64,000 bases of DNA from assembly GCA_041615815.1 (NCBI GenBank), contig JBFJCP010000002.1, positions 173,025 to 237,024 on the forward strand, read 5' to 3'. Source of the DNA: Gemmatimonadales bacterium (GTDB lineage: Bacteria; Gemmatimonadota; Gemmatimonadetes; Gemmatimonadales; GWC2-71-9). Made by a program: the position numbers and the translations under genes. The notes beneath the pieces were generated by a model. The model saw only the letters and a program-made list of their open reading frames with translations. It searched no databases and was not told the origin of the DNA. How positions within the stretch are numbered: position 1 is the stretch's first letter; every line of letters starts with the position of its first letter. Shown here in pieces: positions 55,601 through 64,000 of the stretch.

Positions 55601-58152
55601 AGACGGCGGCCCGCGTGGCACTCGATGCCGCGAAGGGATCGCTCGAATACCAACTCGCGAAGCTGGAGGAGCCACCCGCCCGGCTGCCCGCGTTCATGCC
55701 GACGGTCCACGCACGCGATGCCGCCCCGGCGCTCGCGGCAACGGAAGACCCGCTCACCTTCGCCAACGGGGTCGGTGGCTTCGCGCCCGACGGGGCTTAC
55801 GTGCTGCAGGTGGATGGCGCGCGCCGGCCGCCGCGCGCGTGGACGCATGTGCTGGCCAACCCCTCATTCGGATGCGTCGTGTCCGCCACGGGAGGCGGGT
55901 TCACTTGGTCCGTGAACAGCGCCGAGCGGCGGCTCACGCCATGGCGCAACGACCCCGTAGCCGACTGGCCCGGAGAGGTGCTGTACCTGCGGGACGAAGA
56001 GACCGGCGCGGTGTGGTCGGCGACACCGGCCCCTGCGGGAGAGGGGATCCACGAGGTGCACTTCGCCCCAGGTGTGGCCGAGTTCCGCGGCGCCGCGTAC
56101 GGACTGCGGTATACCGTGCGGCACTCGGTCGCTCCCGAGGATCCGGTCAAACTGATCGAAGTCACGCTCGCCAACACCACGGATCGGGCACGCCGACTCA
56201 CCGCCACGTTCTATGCAGAGTGGGTCCTCGGCACGTCGCGGCATCGAAGCCTGCCGCACCTCGTACCCGAATACGAGGGCAACACCGGTGCTCTCCTCGT
56301 CCGTAACCCGTTCGATCCCGCGTTCGCCGATCGGGTGGCCTTTCTTGCCGTGAGCGCGCCCGCCCATGGCCTGACGACGGACCGGATCGAATTCGTCGGC
56401 GAAGCGGGCGACCTTGCGCGCCCGGCAGCCCTCGACCGCGTTGGGCCAGCCGGGTCCGTGGCCCCGGGCGGCGACATCTGCGGAGCGCTCCAGGTCTACG
56501 TGGGCCTGGAGCCAGGGGAACAACGCACGGTCCATTTTGTGCTTGGCGACGGCGAGAACCGCTCCCAGGCGCTCGAGTTGGTGCGGCGGTATGTCTCGCC
56601 GGAGACGGGCGCGGCAGCGGCGCAGGACTCCGTCGGGCAGTGGAGCGAGTTGCTGGGCAGTATTCGGGTCCAAACACCCGATCGGGCCTGTGATCTCCTC
56701 TTGAATGGATGGCTGCTCTATCAGACTACTGCATGCCGGCTCTGGGCGCGGAGCGCGCTCAGCCAATCGGGCGGTGCGTTCGGCTTCCGGGACCAGCTGC
56801 AGGACGTACTGGCGCTCGCCCACGTGCGGCCGGATCTGACGCGGATGCAGATTCTCGAGGCAGCACGTCATCAGTTCGAAGAGGGGGACGTACTGCACTG
56901 GTGGCATCCCGGTCGCGATCAGGGGGTTCGCACCCGTTGCTCGGATGATCTCGTCTGGCTGCCATACACCGTGGCGCACTACGTGCGAGTGACCGGCGAC
57001 GCCGCCGTGCTCGACGAGCGGGTTCCGTTCCTCAGCGCCCCGCCGCTGCGAGCCGACGAAGGTGACCGGTTCGACCGATTCGACCCGGCGCCCGAAGCCC
57101 ACTCGTTGTACGTGCACTGCCTCCGCGCACTCGACCGAGCGCACGCCCTCGGCGTGCACGGACTACCGCTCTTCGGCTCGGGCGACTGGAACGACGGCAT
57201 GAACCGGGTCGGAAAGAAGGGAGCGGGCGAGAGCGTGTGGCTCGCGTGGTTCCTCGTTGACACCCTCCGGGCGTTCGCGCCGCTCGCCGAGCGACGAGGT
57301 GACGCCGAATGTGCCGCCTCTCTGCGGACCCGAGCGGAGAACCTGTCTGAAGCCGTGGAGCGGACGTCGTGGGACGGTGCTTGGTATCGGCGCGGCTATT
57401 ACGACGACGGGACACCGCTCGGCTCCGCATCGAGCGACGCATGCCGGATCGACTCGCTCGCGCAGTCGTGGGCCGTCGTCAGTGGTGGCGCGGACCCCAC
57501 GCGGGCCCAGACGGCGCTCGCATCAGCACTCGAGATGCTGCTCGACGAGGAACTCCAAGTCATCCGACTCTTCGATCCCCCGTTCGACGACGGTGCGCGG
57601 GACCCCGGTTACATCCGGGCCTATCCCCCCGGCATCCGCGAGAACGGTGGCCAGTACACGCACGCCGCCATCTGGCTCGCCTGGGCCGTTGGCCTCCGGG
57701 GGGACGGCGACCTCCTGGGCAAGCTGTTCACGTGGCTCAACCCGGTGCACCGTACCGCGACTCCCGACAGCGTTGCGCGTTATCAGGGTGAGCCGTATGC
57801 CGTCGCCGCCGACATCTCCACCACACCGCTCCACCGCGGTGCCGCCGGCTGGACCTGGTACACTGGCTCGGCGGCCTGGCTCTACCGGCTGGGTCTGGAG
57901 ATTGTGCTCGGCGTACGCCGCGAAGCCGACCGCCTCGTGCTCGACCCATGCATCCCGCGCAACTGGGAGGGGTTCACGGTCACCTGGCGGTTGGGACGCG
58001 CCTGCTATCGCATCAGCGTCACCAACCCCGTTGGGATCTGTCGCGGCGTCGTGCGCGTCTCATTGGACGGCAAGCCGGTGGACGGAAATACGATTCCATT
58101 CGTGGACGATGGGCGGGAGCACGTGGTCGAGGTCGTATTGGGGAAGGTCTGA
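49666..58152 (+). CDS. ndvB: Cyclic beta-1,2-glucan synthase (Cgs/NdvB/ChvB; GT84 + GH94 phosphorylase)
   Basis: 2828 aa; 'MGWERKRGKL', 'TLDADT', 'SHDLFEG', 'RLHRWVRGDWQ', 'SWGGTMFEYLMP', 'GDWNDGMNRVG' and 'RENGGQYTH'. Confidence 0.93.
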   Translation: MTEPETGSPTPTAALATADAACRPTGPDGLGPRLERLDRALTHVDRWLARPAGMPATGAAEWLLDNWYIITDARREVLRGLPAPYRRELPRCTNGAHAGLPRAYRLACFLVEESRDLLDGELVARHVEEYQRVAVLTLGELWALPNLLRLAVLEDLAAGAGSLAGLPDEALPDSSPTTANLPLESRIGSCVTSLRRIAAQDWTEFVESVSVVERTLRDDPAAVYPAMDLATRDGYRKAVEELARWSTRDEAEVAHRAVAHANAAPTGDRQRHVGFHLVDRGRAALERSLDCRVPLRERRRRWVFAHAAPLYLGGIGAVTGVFLALAARYLFAVGGTITELAVLVLVASVPASCIAVAVVNWIVTHVIPPRHLPRLDFSDGITPSARTVVAIPTLLSSRGDVEAILRQLEINYQGNDDPETRFALLTDAPDAAEPHLPRDDQVLAAAVSGIEVLNARYGAAGPGPFLLLYRKRRWNPAEGRWMGWERKRGKLAEFNRLLLGDGETDLEVRAGDRAVLSGVRYVITLDADTVLPRESAARLVGTLAHPLNKAEFDARGRVVAGYTVLQPRLEVDAPSAGITPFARLFEGETGLDLYTHAVSDAYHDLFGEGVYAGKGVYEVAAFERSLAGRVPENALLSHDLFEGIHGRVGFLSDVQLFEDYPSRFVGYARRLHRWVRGDWQLLPWLGLRVPTADGRRAPSRLSAIDRWKIADNLRRSLTAPSLLLFLFTGWIRFPGSAWFWTVIAAATLAVPVLLSAATTTNRLIAGAAWRPTMSRLVRATGTDLLRWLLGLLFLAFEAAIVLDAIVRTLARVFVTRRHLLEWQSAAHTERIVAHRQSSRFTWRQMAASPAFAVGGGVLIVLADAPLAPALPFLLSWLLAPQVAHRLSRPVIRAVPFLRPNERVQLRRVARRTWHYFEHVLSPEDEWLAPDNIQEAPSPIHARRTSPTNVGMALLATLGACDLGYLGVRSTAATVRQMLLGLSRLERFRGHFLNWYDTRTLGTLAPRYVSAVDSGNLAAALITLEQGCHELQSAPAVRTALWHGLGDTVGVFREQVTDADPERVGISESCDLAIAKFEVAVSDPPRGLIAERARLESVRRELIPHIESALVELVQGAEGRIAGQRLRDLRSWFERLRSQTARVALEFDALVPWAPVLADAPAAVADEAAPAPVREAYQRLAATLDDPPPLAEIDGMSARVAPLRDALHGAIAADDASRRAGLAPWLARLDTALEEAARGAKQVVAELRETAELAAALVREMDFAFLYDKRRRLFHIGYDVDAASLDPSYYDLLASEARLASLVAIAKHDVAERHWLHLGRPFGRVRRDRVLLSWGGTMFEYLMPALLTALPEQTLITESCRAAVRQQMMFGQRHDTPWGISESGFYLLNQSGHYQYRAFGVPGLGLKRELGDRLVVAPYASLLALPFLPREVAANVARLRGLGALGSFGLYEAVDFGPPEPAETRPPAIVQSYMSHHQGMILVALANHLAGNGMVRRFHADARVASVEYLLYERVPRHVPVQRRVERTMPATRPPPTRYEGWSVTPLAAAPQAHLISNGRYSVLVTAAGGGGSRRRGRALTRWRAEAGIDQWGHWLYIEDEASGDLWSVGRQPVWDAPVETTVRFAPDAAEFRARAHGIAARAVVRVPPGDDLEIRDVILTNESDRRRRVALTSFFEVALAPASDDLRHQAFAKLFVESEILESSRTLIFRRRPGGPDPEPLLLGHTAVVREATAVRVSFDTNRAAFFGPGGRAHRPGALGPDGTGLTGTAGATLDPAAAIRLAIELEPGETFQVAFVTSAATTREELIARLDAHRSWGQLDRAAEEATGHAEAELNALGVATVEARIIQRLFSATLAPDPRVRPPIDRLTAPRSPQPELWRFGISGVRPILLLRAASEGPHKLAVVRTLLRVHAYLRRQGCEMDLVILDPVSTGYQQPLYEQLGSLIADGGAGPWRDKPGGVFLIRAVGLSDADVLLLETAARVALDAAKGSLEYQLAKLEEPPARLPAFMPTVHARDAAPALAATEDPLTFANGVGGFAPDGAYVLQVDGARRPPRAWTHVLANPSFGCVVSATGGGFTWSVNSAERRLTPWRNDPVADWPGEVLYLRDEETGAVWSATPAPAGEGIHEVHFAPGVAEFRGAAYGLRYTVRHSVAPEDPVKLIEVTLANTTDRARRLTATFYAEWVLGTSRHRSLPHLVPEYEGNTGALLVRNPFDPAFADRVAFLAVSAPAHGLTTDRIEFVGEAGDLARPAALDRVGPAGSVAPGGDICGALQVYVGLEPGEQRTVHFVLGDGENRSQALELVRRYVSPETGAAAAQDSVGQWSELLGSIRVQTPDRACDLLLNGWLLYQTTACRLWARSALSQSGGAFGFRDQLQDVLALAHVRPDLTRMQILEAARHQFEEGDVLHWWHPGRDQGVRTRCSDDLVWLPYTVAHYVRVTGDAAVLDERVPFLSAPPLRADEGDRFDRFDPAPEAHSLYVHCLRALDRAHALGVHGLPLFGSGDWNDGMNRVGKKGAGESVWLAWFLVDTLRAFAPLAERRGDAECAASLRTRAENLSEAVERTSWDGAWYRRGYYDDGTPLGSASSDACRIDSLAQSWAVVSGGADPTRAQTALASALEMLLDEELQVIRLFDPPFDDGARDPGYIRAYPPGIRENGGQYTHAAIWLAWAVGLRGDGDLLGKLFTWLNPVHRTATPDSVARYQGEPYAVAADISTTPLHRGAAGWTWYTGSAAWLYRLGLEIVLGVRREADRLVLDPCIPRNWEGFTVTWRLGRACYRISVTNPVGICRGVVRVSLDGKPVDGNTIPFVDDGREHVVEVVLGKV

Positions 58153-58256
58153 AGGCGACGCTTGGCGGTCTCAGCATGCTCCGCGGTGGGACAGTCTTAC
58201 CGGAGCGGTGATTCAATCTCCTGCGGTCCGCCAGATCCGGCCGAGTGGGATGCTCC

Positions 58257-59252
58257 TCAGCCCCGATCGTTCTGACACGGGCTCGACCCGGCGTCCCACA
58301 CCGAACCGTCCGAAACGATGAATTCCCACTCGTATCGACCGGGATGAAGCGTCAGCTTCAGGACACCGTAGTCGTGGGCGGTGAACGTTCGGAGCGCCCC
58401 CGCCGTCTGACCTTGCTGGTCGCGGAGCTCACCGCCCCCCGTTCCAACGACGAAACTGCGGATCCCGGCGGAATCGGGTTGACCCCTGGGCGCCTGTGGA
58501 TGGTAGCTCTGGTAGTTGTGCTCGTGGGCGGCCAAGACGATATCCACGCCGTGTTCTGACAACAGCTCCCACGCGTCGAGCCACTGCTCATTGTCGCCGT
58601 GTTTTCCGACACCGAACCTGGGGTAGTGACTGTAGGCGACGATGCACTGTGCCGCGTCCGGCCTCGTCAGTTCGGCCTCGAGCCAATTCCAGAGCGGGCT
58701 GTTGCGCTCGATATGACGCTTCTTGCGAGTCTCGAGTACGTACACGTCCCACGCCCCGTGCCGATAGCGGTACCACCCCTTCTCGGGGTCACCCACCTGA
58801 CCGGGGAACGAAGAGAAGTACGTGAAGTATGGATCGGCGTTCCCGAAGATTGGCACGAATCCGAGTAGTTGGTTGTTCTTCCACTCGTGATTGCCGGACA
58901 CCGGCCGGGTGATCTCGCGAAACTGTCCCCAAGTGGGATCGTAGCACTCTCGGAAATCTCGATCCGTTCCCCGTGGATACGCCAAATCGCCAAGTGCGAA
59001 CACCCATATCGGCGCCGTCGTGGCCTTCAGCACACTGTCGATGATCGCGGCAGTGAGGGCCGCGCCCGGATGATCGCACTCACCGATGTCGCCGGCACCG
59101 ATCAGGACGGCAAAACTGTCGGGGGACTGGGCGTGGAGCGGCAGTCCCTCTTCCAGAACCTGAATCGGCTGGATGGCGGCGCGCCCACCCCCACAGGCCC
59201 CGAGCAGCAGACCCACCATCGCCATCACGCCGATATTGGTATGGGAAGCCAT
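58257..59252 (-). CDS. Calcineurin-like metallophosphoesterase lipoprotein
   Basis: Lipobox 'LLGAC'; 'GAGDIG', 'LGDLAY', 'GNHE' and 'AHEHNY'. Confidence 0.88.
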   Translation of the reverse strand: MASHTNIGVMAMVGLLLGACGGGRAAIQPIQVLEEGLPLHAQSPDSFAVLIGAGDIGECDHPGAALTAAIIDSVLKATTAPIWVFALGDLAYPRGTDRDFRECYDPTWGQFREITRPVSGNHEWKNNQLLGFVPIFGNADPYFTYFSSFPGQVGDPEKGWYRYRHGAWDVYVLETRKKRHIERNSPLWNWLEAELTRPDAAQCIVAYSHYPRFGVGKHGDNEQWLDAWELLSEHGVDIVLAAHEHNYQSYHPQAPRGQPDSAGIRSFVVGTGGGELRDQQGQTAGALRTFTAHDYGVLKLTLHPGRYEWEFIVSDGSVWDAGSSPCQNDRG

Positions 59253-59440
59253 CGTCTCCCTGAGATCGTACGGTGAAAAGCCCTAGTGCACGTACGGCAG
59301 TCCGCAGGTTACTCAGGAGTGCGGATTTTTCACAGGGTGACCAGGCGATCCCCGATACGCCTGCTGTAATCCCAGTGTCAGGGGCCATGCGTTATGGTCG
59401 ACAATCCCTTGACATCAGGATCAGCCCACCAAGGTCACCG

Positions 59441-59860
59441 ATGCCATCTTGGACCACCGTCCTCACCTTCTCAGGGATCCTGGCGACGGCTCCGACCGTG
59501 GGGTCGGCCCAGGCCCTGCACGAGCCCGATGCCCGGCCCAACCCGTACCGTCCCACACTCGGAGCGTTTCCTCGAACCATTGCTGCCAACGGCGCCCGAC
59601 TCTTCGCGCGCGGCAATCTCATCCCACTCCTCGTGGGATCGAGCCTCACGCTCGCAGCACGAGCGGCGGACCAAGACGTGAGGCGGGCGTTGGGGGACAA
59701 CGTATCGGGCATCGGTGACGTAGTCGATGCAATGGGAAACGGTCTCCTGTTGGTCGGCGGGATATCGGCTCTGTTCGCGGCAGGGCAGATCGCGGGCCCG
59801 GGCAAAGGCCTTGTCGTCTTCCACGAGGAGTGCGTGCATCGGCTCCTGACTCGCGACTAG
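59441..59860 (+). pseudogene. Probably truncated membrane protein resembling the N-terminal half of a PAP2-family phosphatase
   Basis: Signal-like N-terminus and 'ADQDVRR...GDV....GNG' followed by a TM helix, but it stops before any PAP2 catalytic motif. Confidence 0.35.
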
Positions 59861-60142
59861 TGTCGCCGAGCAACGGCTGAGCGCCCCTCACGAACGAAGG
59901 GGTACGACACTCACGAGCGTATGGATCACCAACAGCCGTGGCAAGCACCCCAGCAGAGGAATCGGCGAAACCCATAGCTGCCTGGGCTGCAAGGGTAGGC
60001 TCCGGAGATGACACGGAGATGACAGTAAGCGCACGACGGCTTGGGAGGACGGCGATCGCCGCCTGCCCAGACCTGGCGGTGGTCGGGGGGACCGAGCAAC
60101 GGAGGTCGCGACCTCCGATGACCGCCGTCCCTCAGCGCTCGA

Positions 60143-60859
60143 TTAATTGGTGGTTTCCGCTAGCTCGCGCTCTCCCTTTGCCTTCGCTCCCTGCTCAGCC
60201 CGCTGCTTGATCGTGAGCATCATCTTGCGCTCCATGATGAAATCTACCCACTCCCAGAACAGCCGCTGAACGAGCTTGGTGCGGATCGATGGGTGTCCGC
60301 CGCTGCGCGTGCGCATGACCAGCCGACAAGACTTCTCATCCACGGGCTCGAGCTCGAAGGCCCAGAAGCCGTGTTCGGCCTCTTCACCTCGGGCCACACG
60401 CTCAGCGTCCTCCGGCTGCACGAGCACCATCGCCCGTTCTTCTTCCAGCTTGGCCACGATCAAGCGCGCCTTGCCATCGGATTTGCCTGGAGGCGCCAAC
60501 CACACCGCATCACCCACCTTCCGCTCTTGAAACTCGGGAATGACGCGGTCTGCATTGTGCATTTCCAGACCGAACAGGCTCTCCAGCCAGTCGTAACTGT
60601 AGAAACCGGCGCGATCCTGGCCGATCTGCACGATCCAACGCCACACCTCAGCCGCCGGCGCGTGAATGGTCACCGCCCGCGTCGCTTCCGTATTGGGCTT
60701 GGGCGAATAGGCATCCCCGGGCCAATCGCGCTCCAGCTCGCGCGCGGTGGCGCCCCACCGCATCATCTTTGGTCGCACGCGAAGTGCGTATGCTGCGGCG
60801 GCGGCACCGGCCAAGAGACCGGCCAGACCGTACCGCATGCCGTTCTGTTTGGGCTTCAT
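60143..60859 (-). CDS. SRPBCC-like hypothetical protein
   Basis: 'WGAT..E....PGD', 'TRAVTIHAPAAEVWRWIVQIGQDRAGFYSYDWLE' and 'FIMERKMML.IK.RAE'; GAGGAGG RBS. Confidence 0.85.
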   Translation of the reverse strand: MKPKQNGMRYGLAGLLAGAAAAAYALRVRPKMMRWGATARELERDWPGDAYSPKPNTEATRAVTIHAPAAEVWRWIVQIGQDRAGFYSYDWLESLFGLEMHNADRVIPEFQERKVGDAVWLAPPGKSDGKARLIVAKLEEERAMVLVQPEDAERVARGEEAEHGFWAFELEPVDEKSCRLVMRTRSGGHPSIRTKLVQRLFWEWVDFIMERKMMLTIKQRAEQGAKAKGERELAETTN

Positions 60860-61030
60860 ATGTCCTCCTCGGGTTGGACTCACCGGCGGGTTCTCTCATC
60901 TCATATGGGGGGTGAGAGCATGAAGCCATTCTGAGCTGAGGGTGAGAGTCCTCGCCTTATTGCAGCCACCGAGCCCGAGATTCATAATTGAGCGAGCCAG
61001 CCCACGAGGGATCATTTTCGGAGGTGCGCG

Positions 61031-62194
61031 ATGAACACGCGAGACATGACCCGGAGAGATGTCATTCGCGAAAGCGGTCTCGGGGTGGCCGGCCTGGCCC
61101 TCCTCTCCCCCCGCTGGCTCGGCGCCATGTTTCCAAACTCGCCGGACGAAGAGGTCATTCCCTGGCTCGACCAGCCACCGGAGAATCCCATTCCCGACGT
61201 CGTTGCGAACATGCTCAAGTGGGAAGAGGCGGATTCCTGGATCACTCCCAACGACAAGTTCTTCTCGGTGGCGCACTACAACAGACCGGTTATTGATGAA
61301 CAGGATTGGAGACTGGAAATCACCGGACGGGTGCGGCGACCGTTGACCCTGTCGCTGTCTCAGCTCAGGGCTCGTTCGCGGCAGGAAGCCACGTTTACGC
61401 TGGAGTGCGCCGGCAACCACGGGTTTCCCTGGTTTCTCGGGGGCATCGGCAACGGACGGTGGGCGGGTACGCCGCTCGCACCGCTACTCCGGGAAGCGGG
61501 GGTGCTCGACGACGGCATCGAGGTGGTGTTCTTCGGCGCCGATGCCGGCCAGGAAGAGGTGCGTGGCATTGCGATGAAACAGAACTTCGCTCGTAGCATG
61601 TCGCTCGAAGACGCCATGAGCCCTCTGAATCTGCTGGCATACGAGATGAACGGTGTGCCGCTGCCGCGCCCCAACGGTTTCCCGCTCCGGCTCATCGCGC
61701 CGGGATGGTACGGAGTGGCCAACGTCAAATGGCTCGAACGCATCGAGGTGAGATCTACCCGATTCATGGGCCGCTTCATGGCTCGCGACTACGTGACGAT
61801 CCGCGAGGAGCAGCGAGACGGCGAGACCGTGTGGGCGGAGACGTCCGTTGGCCGGTCGCTGCTCAAGTCAGTCCCCGGCCGCGTCACCCGCGACGGGCGC
61901 ATCTATCGGATACGGGGAGCCGCCTGGGGCGCTCCCATTCAGCGGGTCGAGGTCCGCATCGACAACGGACCGTGGACACCCGCCGAGATCGACGAGAATA
62001 CGGGAAGCGAGTTCACCTGGAAGTTCTGGTCGCTGACCTGGGATCGGCCTTCAAGGGGCGAACACACCATCACGTCGCGAGCTATCGATACACGAGGAAA
62101 CATCCAGCCGGCCATGGAGGATCCCCGCATTGCGGGAAAACACACGTACTGGGAAAGCAACGGACAGGTGACGCGGCGGGTTCGAATCTCCTAG
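61031..62194 (+). CDS. Tat-exported sulfite-oxidase-family molybdoenzyme (SoxC/SorA-like)
   Basis: 'TRRDVI' Tat motif, 'LECAGN' Mo-ligand Cys, 'LAYEMNG.PLP..NGFPLRL..PGWYG..NVKWL' and dimerisation domain. Confidence 0.92.
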   Translation: MNTRDMTRRDVIRESGLGVAGLALLSPRWLGAMFPNSPDEEVIPWLDQPPENPIPDVVANMLKWEEADSWITPNDKFFSVAHYNRPVIDEQDWRLEITGRVRRPLTLSLSQLRARSRQEATFTLECAGNHGFPWFLGGIGNGRWAGTPLAPLLREAGVLDDGIEVVFFGADAGQEEVRGIAMKQNFARSMSLEDAMSPLNLLAYEMNGVPLPRPNGFPLRLIAPGWYGVANVKWLERIEVRSTRFMGRFMARDYVTIREEQRDGETVWAETSVGRSLLKSVPGRVTRDGRIYRIRGAAWGAPIQRVEVRIDNGPWTPAEIDENTGSEFTWKFWSLTWDRPSRGEHTITSRAIDTRGNIQPAMEDPRIAGKHTYWESNGQVTRRVRIS

Positions 62195-63516
62195 TGCTCG
62201 CCCGGAGGTCTGATCGGCGTTGCGCCGACCACACGCGGAATCCTCAGAGCGCTGAAGAACACGAGCGCCGTGATCACCGCGGCGATGACGAACACCTTGG
62301 AACCGAGCACACCATACAGAATGCCCCCAATGAGGAGCCCGGCAATGCTTGCGACGGCCGAAGCACTGCTCGAGAATCCCTGGACGGCACCTTGGTTCCG
62401 ACGGTCCGTGGACTTGGACAACACGGCCAATAGCGACGGCCACATCAAGCCGTTCCCGACCGCGAGGAGGGCGGTACCGGCGTAGATGACTGCGGTCGCT
62501 TCCGACGTGAACAACGGGAAGCTGGCCGCCAGGATGGCACTTCCCCCAAGCACGAGGAAGCGGTCGGACCAGATTTTGGATGCCTGCTTCAACAGTGGGC
62601 CCTGGACCATGACCAGCATGAAACCCATCACTGAAAAGAAGACCCCCGTTTCGGTGAGGGACCATCCGATGCCCGTGGCCGCGTAGATGGGGAACGCAAT
62701 GTAGAACAGGTTGAAGGCCAGGAAGACCAAGAACTGTAGGAGCAGCAGCAATTTCACCGAGGGGAGTCTCAGAATCGCCGCCACGGAGAGCTTGGGCACG
62801 CCCTTCAGCTCAAAGCACTCCTTCTGCTCTTGCCCCATGACGCGTCGAACGTTGGTCTGTTCCGGGTCGGCAGCCAGCACGCACATCTGGGTTTCCTGCA
62901 ATCGGAACGCGATGATGAGACTCGCCGCCACCGAGATGAAGAAGGCGGCGAGCACAGGAAGAGTTTCTCCTAGAGCGGTGGCGCCGAGGACGCCGGCGAG
63001 GGCCGGGCCAAAGATGAACCCCAGGTTGGAAGACACCGCCATCTTGCCGAAATTGGCGCTCCGGTCTGCGTCCTCGGTGATGTCCGCGAGATAGGCATTG
63101 GCCACCGAAACGTTCCCGCCGGTAATTCCATCGAGTGCCCGGGCCAGGAACAGCACCGCAAGGGGGATCGTGATGGTGAACGTACCGAGCCACTGCGAAT
63201 CGACGTCCACCATGGATCGGACCGGGAGCGCGAGCGCCACGAGGAAGATGCCCCAGGAACTGAGGGTTCCGAGCTGGCTCAGGAGGAGGATTCGTTTCCG
63301 GCCGTAGCGATCGGACCATCGCCCGAGGATCGGGGCGCCAATGAGCTGAAAGAACGAATAGGTGGCGCCCATGATCCCGTAGACCAGGGCGTTGCCACCG
63401 AGCCTCGTGACGAGAAACACGAGAAACGGCAGGACGATGCTGAAGCCCAGGGTGCCGACGAAGTTGACCGTCAGGATCGGATAGATCGACACACGGTTGG
63501 GTGGACTGGCGGTCAT
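62191..63516 (-). CDS. MFS transporter (TetA/DHA1-like)
   Basis: 'LGRWSDRYGRKRILL', 'ARALDGITGGNVSVANAYLADIT' and 'GFIFGPALAG'. Confidence 0.92.
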   Translation of the reverse strand: MTASPPNRVSIYPILTVNFVGTLGFSIVLPFLVFLVTRLGGNALVYGIMGATYSFFQLIGAPILGRWSDRYGRKRILLLSQLGTLSSWGIFLVALALPVRSMVDVDSQWLGTFTITIPLAVLFLARALDGITGGNVSVANAYLADITEDADRSANFGKMAVSSNLGFIFGPALAGVLGATALGETLPVLAAFFISVAASLIIAFRLQETQMCVLAADPEQTNVRRVMGQEQKECFELKGVPKLSVAAILRLPSVKLLLLLQFLVFLAFNLFYIAFPIYAATGIGWSLTETGVFFSVMGFMLVMVQGPLLKQASKIWSDRFLVLGGSAILAASFPLFTSEATAVIYAGTALLAVGNGLMWPSLLAVLSKSTDRRNQGAVQGFSSSASAVASIAGLLIGGILYGVLGSKVFVIAAVITALVFFSALRIPRVVGATPIRPPGEH

Positions 63517-63714
63517 CGGTATCGGCTCCCGTGTCCCCGGGAATCACTTGGACAGGCGGACGGGCGGACAGGCAGACGCCTCCTAGAGCGTATCGGCGCC
63601 GCTTCGCGGTGCAAGACCATAGGTCCGGATCCCGCCGGGTGCTACCATGTGGCCCATTGTCTGTCCCGCCGCTGGACGCCACGCCGCAACACCTTCCTCT
63701 GGAGTGGTCCGTCG

Positions 63715-63837
63715 TCAACCGTCCTCCTTGACCGGCCGCGCCAATGCGGTCCGCGCCTCATCGAGGAGCCGCTGGGAATACTCATCGGCATCCGACCACA
63801 GGAATACGAAATGCTCGTAGTGTCGTCGTGCATCCAT
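63715..63837 (-). pseudogene. Remnant resembling the C-terminus of a TPR-containing protein
   Basis: 'ARRHYEHFVFLWSDAD......LDEARTALAR' resembles the terminal helices of kinase-TPR proteins; the upstream in-frame sequence does not look coding. Confidence 0.35.
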
Positions 63838-64000
63838 CGCGCGAGTGTGCGTGTGCCAAGGCGTCGGCCACTGGGAAGGCCGGCTGAAAGACGAGACCGC
63901 GGGGCGGCGTGCCGCCCCTCTGCGCTGGGAATTATCGGATTGCCTGCCGCTCAGCGATACTGCCGGCGACACAGGAGGGGCGGGCGCCATGGCGCCCGCC

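Noticed and set aside
1..64000. CRISPR array, rRNA, transposase, integrase or prophage
   Set aside because: No regularly spaced repeats or such gene signatures were observed.

Overview
GC-rich bacterial chromosomal window. The gene content (SusC/SusD pair, TolB-amidohydrolase, ADOP permease, Ser/Thr kinase-TolB-TPR protein, M14/M20 peptidases) resembles Gemmatimonadota or Acidobacteriota; this is an inference. Recognisable blocks are a SusC/SusD uptake pair with divergent hydrolases, an mscS-like/mgtE cluster, phoX, a lysine (DAP) operon headed by an aspartokinase-M20 deacylase fusion, a TetR/AhpD-like/thioredoxin redox operon, and an osmotic-stress block with a 2828-aa cyclic beta-1,2-glucan synthase. 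Three signals stand out. (1) A ~690-nt non-coding minus-strand segment (11836-12528) has 5' and 3' ends that base-pair and is packed with stems and two probable pseudoknots: a candidate large structured ncRNA of unrecognised class, with a divergent four-way-junction element beside it. (2) A second ~340-nt structured intergenic RNA candidate (28876-29211) has its own strong terminator. (3) An AhpD-like gene is split by an in-frame TGA in a CxxU motif followed by a SECIS-like hairpin, so it is a probable selenoprotein. No rRNA, tRNA, CRISPR array or intact transposase was seen. All RNA pairings were read by eye, not computed.
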